A DNA stretch of 47,806 nt from positions 1 through 47,806 of the forward strand of contig JBKKAU010000178.1 in the NCBI GenBank assembly GCA_046714475.1, in the 5' to 3' direction. The position numbers and the translations under genes were made by a program. Each line of letters opens with the position of its first letter. The stretch's first letter is position 1. Shown here one piece after another: positions 33,844-42,251 of the stretch. This DNA comes from Thermoanaerobaculia bacterium (GTDB taxonomy: Bacteria > Acidobacteriota > Thermoanaerobaculia > Multivoradales > UBA5704). The notes beneath the pieces were generated by a model. It ran no database searches, was not told the origin of the DNA, and saw only the letters and a list, made by a program, of their open reading frames with translations.

Positions 33844-35421
33844 CTACTGCATCGGTTTCCGGGGCAGCGGCTCCGGACGCGTCGCCGCGTGGTAGAGGAA
33901 CGAGGCGAGCACCACCGAGGCCTGCATGAGGTCCTGCTCTTCGACATGGTCGAAGGTGTCCAGGGACGAATGGTGGGTGCGCGGCGTGTAGTCCAGCTCG
34001 TCCTGGATGAACTGGAAACCCGGCAGGCCGATGCGGTCGAACACCTCGTGGTCGGTGTCTTCCGCCGGGCGCAGGGTCACGGTGTCCGCCTCCAGGTCCC
34101 GGAGCGGCGCGAGCCAGGCCTCGAAGATCGGCGCCACGGCGGCGTTCTCCTGGGCGTAGACGCCGCGGATCCGGCCGGCGCCGCCGTCGAGGTTGAAGTA
34201 GGCCGCGAGCTTGGCGTAGCCCGGCTTCGGGGTGAGGGGGCCCTTCCAAAGATAGGGCGCCATCTTCTTCTCGACGGGGTCTTGCGGCACGGGCCGGGCG
34301 GCGAGGTGCTCGGCCACATAGGCGCTGGCTCCCAGGAGGCCCTGCTCCTCGCCGCTCCACAGGGCGACGCGGATGGTGCGGCGCGGTTTGACCCCGAGCG
34401 CCTTGAGGATGCGCATCGCCTCCATGGCCACCGCGCAGCCGGCGGCGTTGTCGGTCGCTCCTGTGGCGCCGTGCCAGGAGTCGAGGTGGGCGCCCGCCAG
34501 CACCACCTCGTCCTTCTTGTCGGTGCCGGGGATCTCGGCCAGGGTGTTGTAGGCGTTCGGGTCCTGGTCGTGGAAGTCGGCCTTGAGGTCGATCTCGAGC
34601 TCGGTTTCGACGCCCCGGTCGAGCAGGCGGACGAGCTGGTTGTAGGGCTCGGCAGCCATCATCAGGGTCGGCACTCCCGAGGTCTCGCCGGGGAAGCGGG
34701 AGCCGCCGCGTCCGACCCGGATCACGCCCCAGCTCCGGTTGCTGACCTCGATCGCGGCGAGGACGCCCTCGGCGGCCAGGAACTCGTTGACGGCCAGGTG
34801 GCCGCGGTAGCGCCGGACGGCCACCGCGAGGGGGTCCTCCTGGGGACCGGTGGGGATCTCGAATCCCCGCAGCTCCGACAGGGCTTCGGCGGAGAACCGG
34901 CGCGGCTGCGGCTCGGCGGCACCGGCGGCCGGGGCCAGGTCGCGCTCGGCGTCGCGCAGGACGATCTTGCCGGCGAGCTTGCCGCGCCAGGCCTCGAAGT
35001 CCTTCTCATCCTCGATGTCCGCCCGCACCACGAGGCCTCGCACCGGGCCCGCGGTGCCGGGCGTCCAGGCTTTGGGCAGCGAGAAGAGCGGCGCCTTCTG
35101 GGGCTTGACCATGTGGACGGCCACGCGGTCATAGGTCCAGCCGCGGCCGAACGGCCACGCCTCCAGGCGCGCGTCGGCGAGCCCCCACTCCGCCAGCTTC
35201 TTGCGCGTCCACTCGTTGGCCTCTTTCATCCGCGGCGAGCCGGTGAGGCGGGCGCCGATGACGTCGCTCAGATAGGCCGTGGTCTCCACGACCTGGGAGC
35301 GGCGGAAGCCTTCGTCGCGGATGCGGGTGACCATCGCCAGGTCGACCGGCTCTTCGGCGGGCAGGGAAAGCGGGGCCAGGAGCAGGACGGCGGCGAACGC
35401 GCGCAGGGCCGTGCGGGGCAT
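33844..35421 (-). CDS. M28-family aminopeptidase, secreted
   Basis: GGAGGAG before ATG 35421. Signal MPRTALRAFAAVLLLAPLSLPA. LAGAHLDSWHGATGATDNAAGCAV, SGEEQGLLGASAYV. Confidence 0.85.
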   Translation of the reverse strand: MPRTALRAFAAVLLLAPLSLPAEEPVDLAMVTRIRDEGFRRSQVVETTAYLSDVIGARLTGSPRMKEANEWTRKKLAEWGLADARLEAWPFGRGWTYDRVAVHMVKPQKAPLFSLPKAWTPGTAGPVRGLVVRADIEDEKDFEAWRGKLAGKIVLRDAERDLAPAAGAAEPQPRRFSAEALSELRGFEIPTGPQEDPLAVAVRRYRGHLAVNEFLAAEGVLAAIEVSNRSWGVIRVGRGGSRFPGETSGVPTLMMAAEPYNQLVRLLDRGVETELEIDLKADFHDQDPNAYNTLAEIPGTDKKDEVVLAGAHLDSWHGATGATDNAAGCAVAMEAMRILKALGVKPRRTIRVALWSGEEQGLLGASAYVAEHLAARPVPQDPVEKKMAPYLWKGPLTPKPGYAKLAAYFNLDGGAGRIRGVYAQENAAVAPIFEAWLAPLRDLEADTVTLRPAEDTDHEVFDRIGLPGFQFIQDELDYTPRTHHSSLDTFDHVEEQDLMQASVVLASFLYHAATRPEPLPRKPMQ

Positions 35422-35505
35422 ACGGGTCTCCTCCATGCCGGGACGTACCCGGATTCAATCCAAGAAAAAGGACGTCAGATGCGTGGATTCTAACCCGGAA
35501 GAGGC

Positions 35506-36105
35506 TCAGCGCAGGCGGCGCACCTCGCGGTGGCGGAAGCAGCCGGTGAGATGGTCGTTGACCATGCCCACGGCCTGCATGAGAGCGTAGCAGATGGTCG
35601 GCCCCACGAAGGTGAACCCCCGCCGCTGGAGCTCGCGGCTCAGGGTCTTGGACTCGGGGGTCTCCGGGGGGACCTCATTCATGCTCGCCCAGGCGTTCTG
35701 CTTCGGGGCGCCGCCGACGAAGGTCCAGAGATAGCGGTCGAAGCTGCCGTGCTCGCGCTGGACTTCGAGGAATGCCCGCGCGTTGCGCACCGTGCCCTCG
35801 ACCTTGAGACGGTTGCGGATGATGCCCGGATCGGCGAGGAGGGCCTCGACCTTGTCGGGGCCGTAGCGCGCGACGATCTCCGGGTCGAAGCCGTCGAAGG
35901 CCCGGCGGTAGCTCTCGCGCCGCCGCAGGATGGTGAGCCAGGACAGCCCGGCCTGGGCGCCTTCGAGGATCAGCATCTCGAACAGGTGGCGGTCGTCGTG
36001 GGCCGGCACGCCCCACTCCTCGTCGTGGTAGACGATATAGAGCGGGTCGCCGAGCCCCCAGGGGCAGCGGGGGCGGTCATCGGGGGGCGGAGTCTTCTCC
36101 TTCAT
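35506..36105 (-). CDS. tag: DNA-3-methyladenine glycosylase I
   Basis: CPWGLGDPLYIVYHDEEWGVP..., FEMLILEGAQAGLSWLTILRRRESYRRAF, and the C-terminal Cys/His zinc-ligand pattern. Confidence 0.9.
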   Translation of the reverse strand: MKEKTPPPDDRPRCPWGLGDPLYIVYHDEEWGVPAHDDRHLFEMLILEGAQAGLSWLTILRRRESYRRAFDGFDPEIVARYGPDKVEALLADPGIIRNRLKVEGTVRNARAFLEVQREHGSFDRYLWTFVGGAPKQNAWASMNEVPPETPESKTLSRELQRRGFTFVGPTICYALMQAVGMVNDHLTGCFRHREVRRLR

Positions 36106-36177
36106 CGTCCTGTGTTTCTATCACGCCAGTCTTGGAACCCGGTAGGCGGGAGATACAATCTGGTGAGGCCGTTCCAG

Positions 36178-36206
36178 TTGACGGATACTCCTGCCTGACT
36201 TACGCT
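36178..36206 (+). promoter_or_regulatory. Candidate sigma70-type promoter for the DUF262-HipA operon
   Basis: TTGACG, a 17-nt spacer, then TACGCT. The -10 element ends 28 nt before the TTG start at 36235. Confidence 0.35.
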
Positions 36207-36234
36207 ACGGGGCTGACGACCAAGGGAGAAAGTA

Positions 36235-37860
36235 TTGGATCCAACCCCATCGCCACGGAGCCAGGCAACGACCCAGACGGTCCAGGACCTGGTCACGCTT
36301 GTTCGTCGTGGCCAAGTCAGGGTGCCGAGCTTCCAGCGTGATCTGAAATGGAAGGCGGACGATGTCGTCGCCCTATTCGACAGCATCTACCGTGGGTATC
36401 CCATCGGGTCGTTTCTCCTCAGCAAAGGCCAGGCGGAGGCCGAGCGGATCGTCATGGGACCTCTTGCCATAGACGCTCCGGATACCCAATCGGCTCTATG
36501 GGTCGTAGACGGCCAGCAACGTCTGACGGCGCTGACTGTTGGGCTTTCACGACCGGCACCGATTCCTCTGACACCAGATGATCCCTGGGTCGTCTACTTC
36601 GATGCCGAGAGACAAATCTTCATTACTCCCCCTAAGAAAGGCGGAGTACCTTCCACTGCGATCCCCGTTATACACCTCCTGGATTCTTCGGTTCTCAGTG
36701 AGTGGGTCTATGAGTGGGCCCATGGCCGCAACGCTGCTCTGCGGACGTCCGTCTTCCAGGCAGGCCGCCGGATTCGGGAGTATGAAATACCCCTTTACAT
36801 TGTTGAAACCGAGGATGAAGAGCTCCTGAGAGACATCTTCTATCGCGTCAACAAGTTTGGGAAGCGTTTGGATTGGGATGACGTACACAAGGCGCTCTTT
36901 GGGCGTAAAGGCGCACATCCGTCGACTCTGCCTGAGCTGGCCGATGAGCTTCAAGGGCTCGGAATGGGACGACCGGAAGAGGAACAGCTGCTATCGTGTC
37001 TGATGGCGTTCAAAGGACTCGATGTCACGCGGAATATCGCCGACCACTACCGGAAAGATACAGAGGTGCTTAGAAATGCTGTCTCGGAAGCACTGCCCGC
37101 AATCCGTCGTGTCCTATCGTTCCTAAAGATCCATGCTGAGATCCCCCATCTGCGGCTGCTGCCGAGATCCATGCCGTTGATCGTGTTGACTAGGTTCTTT
37201 GCTTTACATCCCGAACCCAAGGCTCGAACCTTGGATCTATTGACGCGCTGGACTTGGCGCATGTTGTTGGGTGCGAGCGTGTACGATGAGCTTACCCTTA
37301 TGCGGCGCGGAGTTGCAGCTATCCGAGGGAGCGACGAGGAGCAGAGTGCCCAAGCCCTGCTTTCTCTCGTATCCAGTGGCGAAAAGAGATTTTTAGCTCT
37401 GCCCCAGCGATTCGATGCCCGCGCAGCCGAGAGCCGGATTGCGGTCCTCGGGATGGCATCGCTGAGGCCGCTGAATGTGAGTGACAAGAAGCCTCTCGAC
37501 ATCGCCGCCTTGATTGAGGAGCGAGATGCAGATGCCTTCCGGAGGATTCTTCCGAGGGGCGAAGTATTTGGCTCTAGTCCGGTGAATCGCATCCTTCTGC
37601 CCGGCGCCGGCTCGGCTCGCAAGGAGCTCGTCGACGAAATTACGAGCCATGGACCTGACACCGCCGTGCTGCGTTCACACGGCATTTCCGCAGCGGCGGC
37701 GGAGGCTCTCCTCCAAGGCGACGTGGAGTCGTTCCTGAAGGAGCGCGCCCAAGTGATTGAAGAGGCGGTAGACCATCTGGGGCAACGACTCGCGGCCTGG
37801 TCCAAAAACGACCGGCCATCCATCTCCTACCTGCTCGCGCAAGTGGAAACTGAGGCTTGA
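36235..37860 (+). CDS. DUF262 (ParB/Srx-fold, GmrSD N-terminal-like) protein with divergent C-terminal half
   Basis: TTG lies 5 nt after AGGGAGA. VRVPSFQRDLKWKADDVVALFDSIYRGYPIGSFLL, LWVVDGQQRLTAL, IFYRVNKFGKRL. The C-terminus contains FRRILPRGE...SSPVNRILLPG, which looks like a His-less version of the DUF1524 motifs. Confidence 0.85.
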   Translation: MDPTPSPRSQATTQTVQDLVTLVRRGQVRVPSFQRDLKWKADDVVALFDSIYRGYPIGSFLLSKGQAEAERIVMGPLAIDAPDTQSALWVVDGQQRLTALTVGLSRPAPIPLTPDDPWVVYFDAERQIFITPPKKGGVPSTAIPVIHLLDSSVLSEWVYEWAHGRNAALRTSVFQAGRRIREYEIPLYIVETEDEELLRDIFYRVNKFGKRLDWDDVHKALFGRKGAHPSTLPELADELQGLGMGRPEEEQLLSCLMAFKGLDVTRNIADHYRKDTEVLRNAVSEALPAIRRVLSFLKIHAEIPHLRLLPRSMPLIVLTRFFALHPEPKARTLDLLTRWTWRMLLGASVYDELTLMRRGVAAIRGSDEEQSAQALLSLVSSGEKRFLALPQRFDARAAESRIAVLGMASLRPLNVSDKKPLDIAALIEERDADAFRRILPRGEVFGSSPVNRILLPGAGSARKELVDEITSHGPDTAVLRSHGISAAAAEALLQGDVESFLKERAQVIEEAVDHLGQRLAAWSKNDRPSISYLLAQVETEA

Positions 37861-39095
37861 GGAGGACCTTTCAGGTTTCCCTGAGCGGTTTTCCCGTCGG
37901 CCACCTTTCGGAGGGGGACGACGGCCGGATCTCCTTCCGGTTCCTCGACGAGTACCGGCACATGCCGCAACGCCCCGTCTTGAGCCAGTCGTTCGAGGAT
38001 GACCTTTTCAGGCCCTACCGGGGCAAGCGGAATGAGCTCCCTGCCTTTTTCGCCAATCTCGTACCCGAAGGTCCTCTACGGGAGTTGATCGAGGCCAGTC
38101 TGCGGATCTCTCACGGCGATGAGATAGCTCTCCTCGCGGCTGTAGGGCGGGACCTTCCGGGTGCGGTCGAAATCCAAATCGAGTCTGGGAAAATAGAAGA
38201 CTTGGCGGACGGCGACACAGACGAACCCGCCGTGCCCGATCCGGAATCCGAAGAGGGCGTGCTGCGCTTCTCTCTCGCCGGAGTGCAGCTTAAGTTCTCT
38301 ATGTTGCGTGAGGGTGCGAAGCTGACGATCCCAGCGCATGGCCGGCTTGGAGAGTGGATCGTGAAGCTGGACTCGTCGCGATTCTCGCACGTGGTGGAAA
38401 ACGAGTTCGCCTCCCTGGAGTGGGCCCGCGCGGCAGGGTTCGACGTCCCGGAGTGCCATCTGCAGCCCTGCGGCGCGCTTCCGCCTTCCTTGCGCGGATT
38501 CGCGAATCCGGACTCGCAGGTCCTCGTCATCCGTCGCTACGACCGCGACGGTCCTCGGCGTATCCATCAGGAGGACTTCGCGCAAGTCGTGGGCCTGCCG
38601 CCGAGGCTCAAGTACGACCTCATCACCTATGAGCAGTGTGCTGTCCTGGTACGACAGATCGCCGGGGAGGACGCCTATCTAGAGTTCATCCGGCGGCTGG
38701 CCTTTGTCATCGGCTGCGGGAATGAGGATGCGCACCTCAAGAACTGGTCCTTCGTGTATCCGGATGGTGTCAATGCCAAGCTGTCCCCTCTCTATGACCA
38801 GGTCTGTACGATCGCTTGGCCTGAGCTGGGGGGTAAACTGGCGCTGAAGCTGGCCGGGCTCAAGCCTCTGCTGGCGGTAGACGAGGCGGTTTTCGTGAGG
38901 CTGGCGAAGAAGGCCAGGGTTGATGTCGATTCCACGATCTCCGTTCTGCGAGACACCTTGATTCGGATGGCCGCCGCATGGCACGTCTCGAAGGGGAGGA
39001 ATGCCATGCCGCAGGACCACCTCGAGACGCTCCGCTCGTACTGGATGAAAGCGCCCCTGTTGAAGCCTTATGCGGCGATGCTTGTGCTCGAGTAG
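37857..39095 (+). CDS. hipA: HipA-family Ser/Thr kinase (full length: N-terminal coupling domain plus kinase core)
   Basis: The TTG start overlaps the upstream stop (TTGA). FFANLVPEGPLRELI, FSLAGVQLKFS, VIRRYDR, IHQEDFAQV, CGNEDAHLKNWSF. Confidence 0.9.
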   Translation: MRRTFQVSLSGFPVGHLSEGDDGRISFRFLDEYRHMPQRPVLSQSFEDDLFRPYRGKRNELPAFFANLVPEGPLRELIEASLRISHGDEIALLAAVGRDLPGAVEIQIESGKIEDLADGDTDEPAVPDPESEEGVLRFSLAGVQLKFSMLREGAKLTIPAHGRLGEWIVKLDSSRFSHVVENEFASLEWARAAGFDVPECHLQPCGALPPSLRGFANPDSQVLVIRRYDRDGPRRIHQEDFAQVVGLPPRLKYDLITYEQCAVLVRQIAGEDAYLEFIRRLAFVIGCGNEDAHLKNWSFVYPDGVNAKLSPLYDQVCTIAWPELGGKLALKLAGLKPLLAVDEAVFVRLAKKARVDVDSTISVLRDTLIRMAAAWHVSKGRNAMPQDHLETLRSYWMKAPLLKPYAAMLVLE

Positions 39096-39104
39096 GAATT
39101 CCGA

Positions 39105-39599
39105 ATGAGACGAGGCAGACTCCTTTCGCTGTTCACGATGTGGTCGATCGTGGCCCTTCTCGGTTTGAGCCTCGGCGAAGCCCTCGCCGCGCGCTGGAGC
39201 GGCACCGAGCCGCGGATCAATCAGACCCATGTCTTCCAGGGGGAGATCAACCGGCGGGGGCGGCCGGTCGGCTTCCATTCGCGGCCGGGCGGGCGCAACC
39301 CCCAGGGGGCGCGGGTGGCCGGCGTGACGCGCGGGCCCAACCGCGAGGGGGTCTACGAGGCGCGGGTCGAGATCCGTGACCCGGAGAGCGGCCGGTGGCT
39401 GGAGAAGCGGTCGACTTTCTTCCCCGACTCCATGAGCCGCGACCAGGTGATCCGCGCCATCTTGAATGCCTGGCGCGGGCGGACGACGGGGCAGTCTCAG
39501 AAGTTCCGCGGCCCGTCGGGCCGGGGCTTCACCATCGAAGGCTATCTCCTGGACGGCGACATCAACACCGCGTATCCGATCTACCGGGAGGGTCGATGA
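39105..39599 (+). CDS. Bacterial EndoU-family RNase toxin domain with N-terminal signal peptide
   Basis: MRRGRLLSLFTMWSIVALLGLSLGEALA, then HVFQGEINRRGRPVGFHS...GVYEARVEI...KRSTFFPDSMSRDQVIRAI...GFTIEGYLLDGDINTAYPIY. This matches the EndoU_bacteria pattern. Confidence 0.8.
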   Translation: MRRGRLLSLFTMWSIVALLGLSLGEALAARWSGTEPRINQTHVFQGEINRRGRPVGFHSRPGGRNPQGARVAGVTRGPNREGVYEARVEIRDPESGRWLEKRSTFFPDSMSRDQVIRAILNAWRGRTTGQSQKFRGPSGRGFTIEGYLLDGDINTAYPIYREGR

Positions 39600-39931
39600 A
39601 GCTGGAGATCTATCGCGACGAGGCGGGAGACCCCCGCGTCCAGTCGGAGGAGGACGGTTCGCTGCTGGCCCGGTTCCTGGAGAGCGACATCCAGGGCAAT
39701 CCCGAGCACGGTCGCGAGATCCTGCGGGCGATCGAGGAGGTGGAGGCGGGGGAGACCGAAGCCTGGGAGGAGACGGGCAACGCCCATACCCTGATCCTGT
39801 CGTCGGTCGGCGCCGTGATCGAAGCCGAATTCGAGGACGCGCCGGCCTGCCGGCTGTCCCTGGCCGAGCTCTGGGAGGCGGTCGCGGATTGGGTTGCCTT
39901 CCTGGATGCCGAGGAGGGAGAGCGCGCCTGA
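39596..39931 (+). CDS. Acidic 111-aa protein, UPF0231/YacL-like; candidate immunity/partner of the EndoU protein
   Basis: ATG overlaps the EndoU stop (ATGA). MKLEIYRDEAGDPRV...AWEETGNAHTLILSSVGAVIEAEF...LSLAELWEAVADWVAFL parallels the E. coli YacL layout as I recall it. Confidence 0.55.
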   Translation: MKLEIYRDEAGDPRVQSEEDGSLLARFLESDIQGNPEHGREILRAIEEVEAGETEAWEETGNAHTLILSSVGAVIEAEFEDAPACRLSLAELWEAVADWVAFLDAEEGERA

Positions 39932-40377
39932 TGGCGAAGGGGGAGCGCAAGGGGCCGCCGCCGCTCCCGGATCCCGAGAACGGCCTCTGGCAGGGCCGGC
40001 CGGTGGCGCGGCGGTTTGTGTCGCCCGACGGAATGACGGTGCTCGTCGGCAAGACCGCCGAGGACAACGACATCCTCACCTTGAAGCTGGGGGCGCCGCG
40101 CGATTTCTGGTTCCACGTCGCCAGCGAGTCCGGCTCGCACGTGGTCGTGCGCAACCCCGAAGGTCTGGACCGCCTGCCGCGCGAGACCGAGCGCTTCGCG
40201 GCCTCCCTGGCCGCCGGCTACTCCAAGGCGCGGCATGGCGGCCGCGTCTCCGTCCACGTCTGCACCTGCGCCGACATCAGCAAGCCTCGCGGCCTGCCGC
40301 CGGGCAAGGTGGTGCTGGAGCGCTTCAAGAACCTGCAGGTCGCGCCCGCCCGCGCCGACAGCCCCGATCCGGCCTGA
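39931..40377 (+). CDS. NFACT-R (DUF814) domain protein
   Basis: ATG overlaps the previous stop by 1 nt (TGATG). VLVGKTAEDNDILT, DFWFHVASESGSHVVV, VHVCTCADISKPRGLPPGKV. Confidence 0.8.
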   Translation: MAKGERKGPPPLPDPENGLWQGRPVARRFVSPDGMTVLVGKTAEDNDILTLKLGAPRDFWFHVASESGSHVVVRNPEGLDRLPRETERFAASLAAGYSKARHGGRVSVHVCTCADISKPRGLPPGKVVLERFKNLQVAPARADSPDPA

Positions 40378-40380
40378 CGC

Positions 40381-40863
40381 TCAGAGAGAGGCGAGGACCG
40401 CCTCGGCGCCACTCTCCCGCACCTCGCCGGGCTGGTCGACGCGCAGGGACTTGAGGACGCAGTCCTCGACGACAGCGGCGTAGCGTTGCGAGCGGAGCCC
40501 CATGCCGAAGCCGCGGGAGTCCATCTCCAGGCCCATGGCGCGGGCGAAGTCGCCGTTGCCATCGGCGAGCATCAGGACCTTGTCCCCGACCCCCTTGGCC
40601 TTGGCCCAGGCGTCCATGACGAAGACGTCGTTGACCCCGACACAGGCGACGACGTCGATCCCCCTGGCCTTGATCTCGCCGGCGTGCTGGACGAAGCCGG
40701 GCAGGTGCTCGTTCGAGCAGGTCCCCGTGAAGGCGCCCGGTACGGCGAAGAGGACGACCTTGTGGCCCTGGAGGAACTCGTGCGTCGAGATGGCCCGCGG
40801 GCCCTTGTCCGTCATGGTGTGGAGCTTGACGTCCGGAACCTTGTCACCAACCTGGATGGCCAT
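40381..40863 (-). CDS. Peroxiredoxin, Prx5 subfamily
   Basis: MAIQVGDKVPD..., VVLFAVPGAFTGTCS (peroxidatic Cys), VACVGVNDVFVMDAW. Confidence 0.9.
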   Translation of the reverse strand: MAIQVGDKVPDVKLHTMTDKGPRAISTHEFLQGHKVVLFAVPGAFTGTCSNEHLPGFVQHAGEIKARGIDVVACVGVNDVFVMDAWAKAKGVGDKVLMLADGNGDFARAMGLEMDSRGFGMGLRSQRYAAVVEDCVLKSLRVDQPGEVRESGAEAVLASL

Positions 40864-40971
40864 TTGCATTTCTCCCTGGATCGAGCCGGACCTCGCCGGT
40901 CCGGCTGTCATGATCGTATCTCCGCAGACGGACGACCCGGCTGATCCGTATGCTGAAGCAGGAGACTATCG

Positions 40972-42231
40972 ATGACCGAACCTCTGGAAAAGCTTCACGA
41001 CCCTGATCTCGACCGTCTCGTCCGCGAGCTCAACAGCCGCGAGGCGCCCCTTGAGTCGTACGCCGCGGACAGCCCGGCCGCCGTCTCGGACATCGCGCTC
41101 GACATCCCCGCCCGCATCCAGGTCGTCGAAGGGGAGCCGCTGGACCGGCTGCTCGGCGAGATGGTCCGGCTGCGGGCGAGCGACTTGTTGCTGGTGGCGG
41201 GGCTGCCGCCGGTCTTCCGGGTGGACGGGCGGCTCGCCCGCGCCCAGTCCGAGCCTCTGGACGGCGACGAGCTGGCGGCGATGTTCCACTCCCACATGGG
41301 GGGCCGGCTCCGCCGGGAGATGGAGGAGCGGGGGGCGGCCGACCTCTCGTTGCGGCTGTCCCCCGGCCGCGAGCTGGACGACGGCCTGCGCGGCCCGGGC
41401 GGCTCCTCCTGGCGGTTCCGGGTGAACCTGCACCGTCAGCGCGGGCAGCTGGCGGCGGCGATCCGGTCGCTGCCCTCGGAGATCCCCAGCCTGGCGGGGC
41501 TCAACCTGCCGTCCGCCCTGGCCGAGCTGGTGCGGCCCAACCGCGGCCTGGTGCTGGTCTGCGGGCCGACCGGCTCCGGCAAGTCGTCGACGCTCGCCGC
41601 CCTGGTGGCCGAGCTGAACCACCACCGCGCCTGCCACATCATCACCATCGAAGACCCGGTCGAATACGAGCACCGTTCGGGCAAGGCGGTCGTGGAGCAT
41701 GTCGAGATCGGGCGCGACGCCCGCTCCTTCCCGGAGGCGTTGCGCGCCTCGCTGCGGCAGGACCCGGACGTCATCCTGGTCGGCGAGATGCGCGACCTGG
41801 AGACGGTGGCGACGGCGCTGACGGCGGCCGAGACCGGCCACCTGGTGCTCTCGACGCTCCACACCAACGACGCGGCGCAGGCGGTGCACCGCATCGTCGA
41901 CGTCTTCCCGCCGGCCCAGCAGGGACAGATCCGGCAGCAGCTCGCCCTCTCGCTCCACGCCATCGTGGTGCAGCAGCTCGTGCCGCGCGTCGACGGCCAC
42001 GGCCGGGTGCCCGCCGTCGAGCTGATGCTGGGCACCTACCCGGTGCGCAACCACATCCGCAGCGACAGCCTGCAGAAGCTCTACAACGAGATCACCCTTG
42101 GCAAGCGCCACGGCATGATCTCCATGGAGCAGTCGCTGGCGGACCTGGTCCAGGCGGGGAAGATCGACATGGAGGAGGCCCTCGTCCGGTCGAGCCATCC
42201 GGACGAGTTGGGGACGCTGCTCCGGACGTAA
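40972..42231 (+). CDS. pilT: PilT-family type IV pilus retraction ATPase with about 60-aa N-terminal extension
   Basis: AGGAG RBS. GPTGSGKSSTLAALV (Walker A), HIITIEDPVEYEH, DPDVILVGEMRD, GHLVLSTLHTND. Confidence 0.9.
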   Translation: MTEPLEKLHDPDLDRLVRELNSREAPLESYAADSPAAVSDIALDIPARIQVVEGEPLDRLLGEMVRLRASDLLLVAGLPPVFRVDGRLARAQSEPLDGDELAAMFHSHMGGRLRREMEERGAADLSLRLSPGRELDDGLRGPGGSSWRFRVNLHRQRGQLAAAIRSLPSEIPSLAGLNLPSALAELVRPNRGLVLVCGPTGSGKSSTLAALVAELNHHRACHIITIEDPVEYEHRSGKAVVEHVEIGRDARSFPEALRASLRQDPDVILVGEMRDLETVATALTAAETGHLVLSTLHTNDAAQAVHRIVDVFPPAQQGQIRQQLALSLHAIVVQQLVPRVDGHGRVPAVELMLGTYPVRNHIRSDSLQKLYNEITLGKRHGMISMEQSLADLVQAGKIDMEEALVRSSHPDELGTLLRT

Positions 42232-42251
42232 CTTGGCAGCTAACTGGGCAG

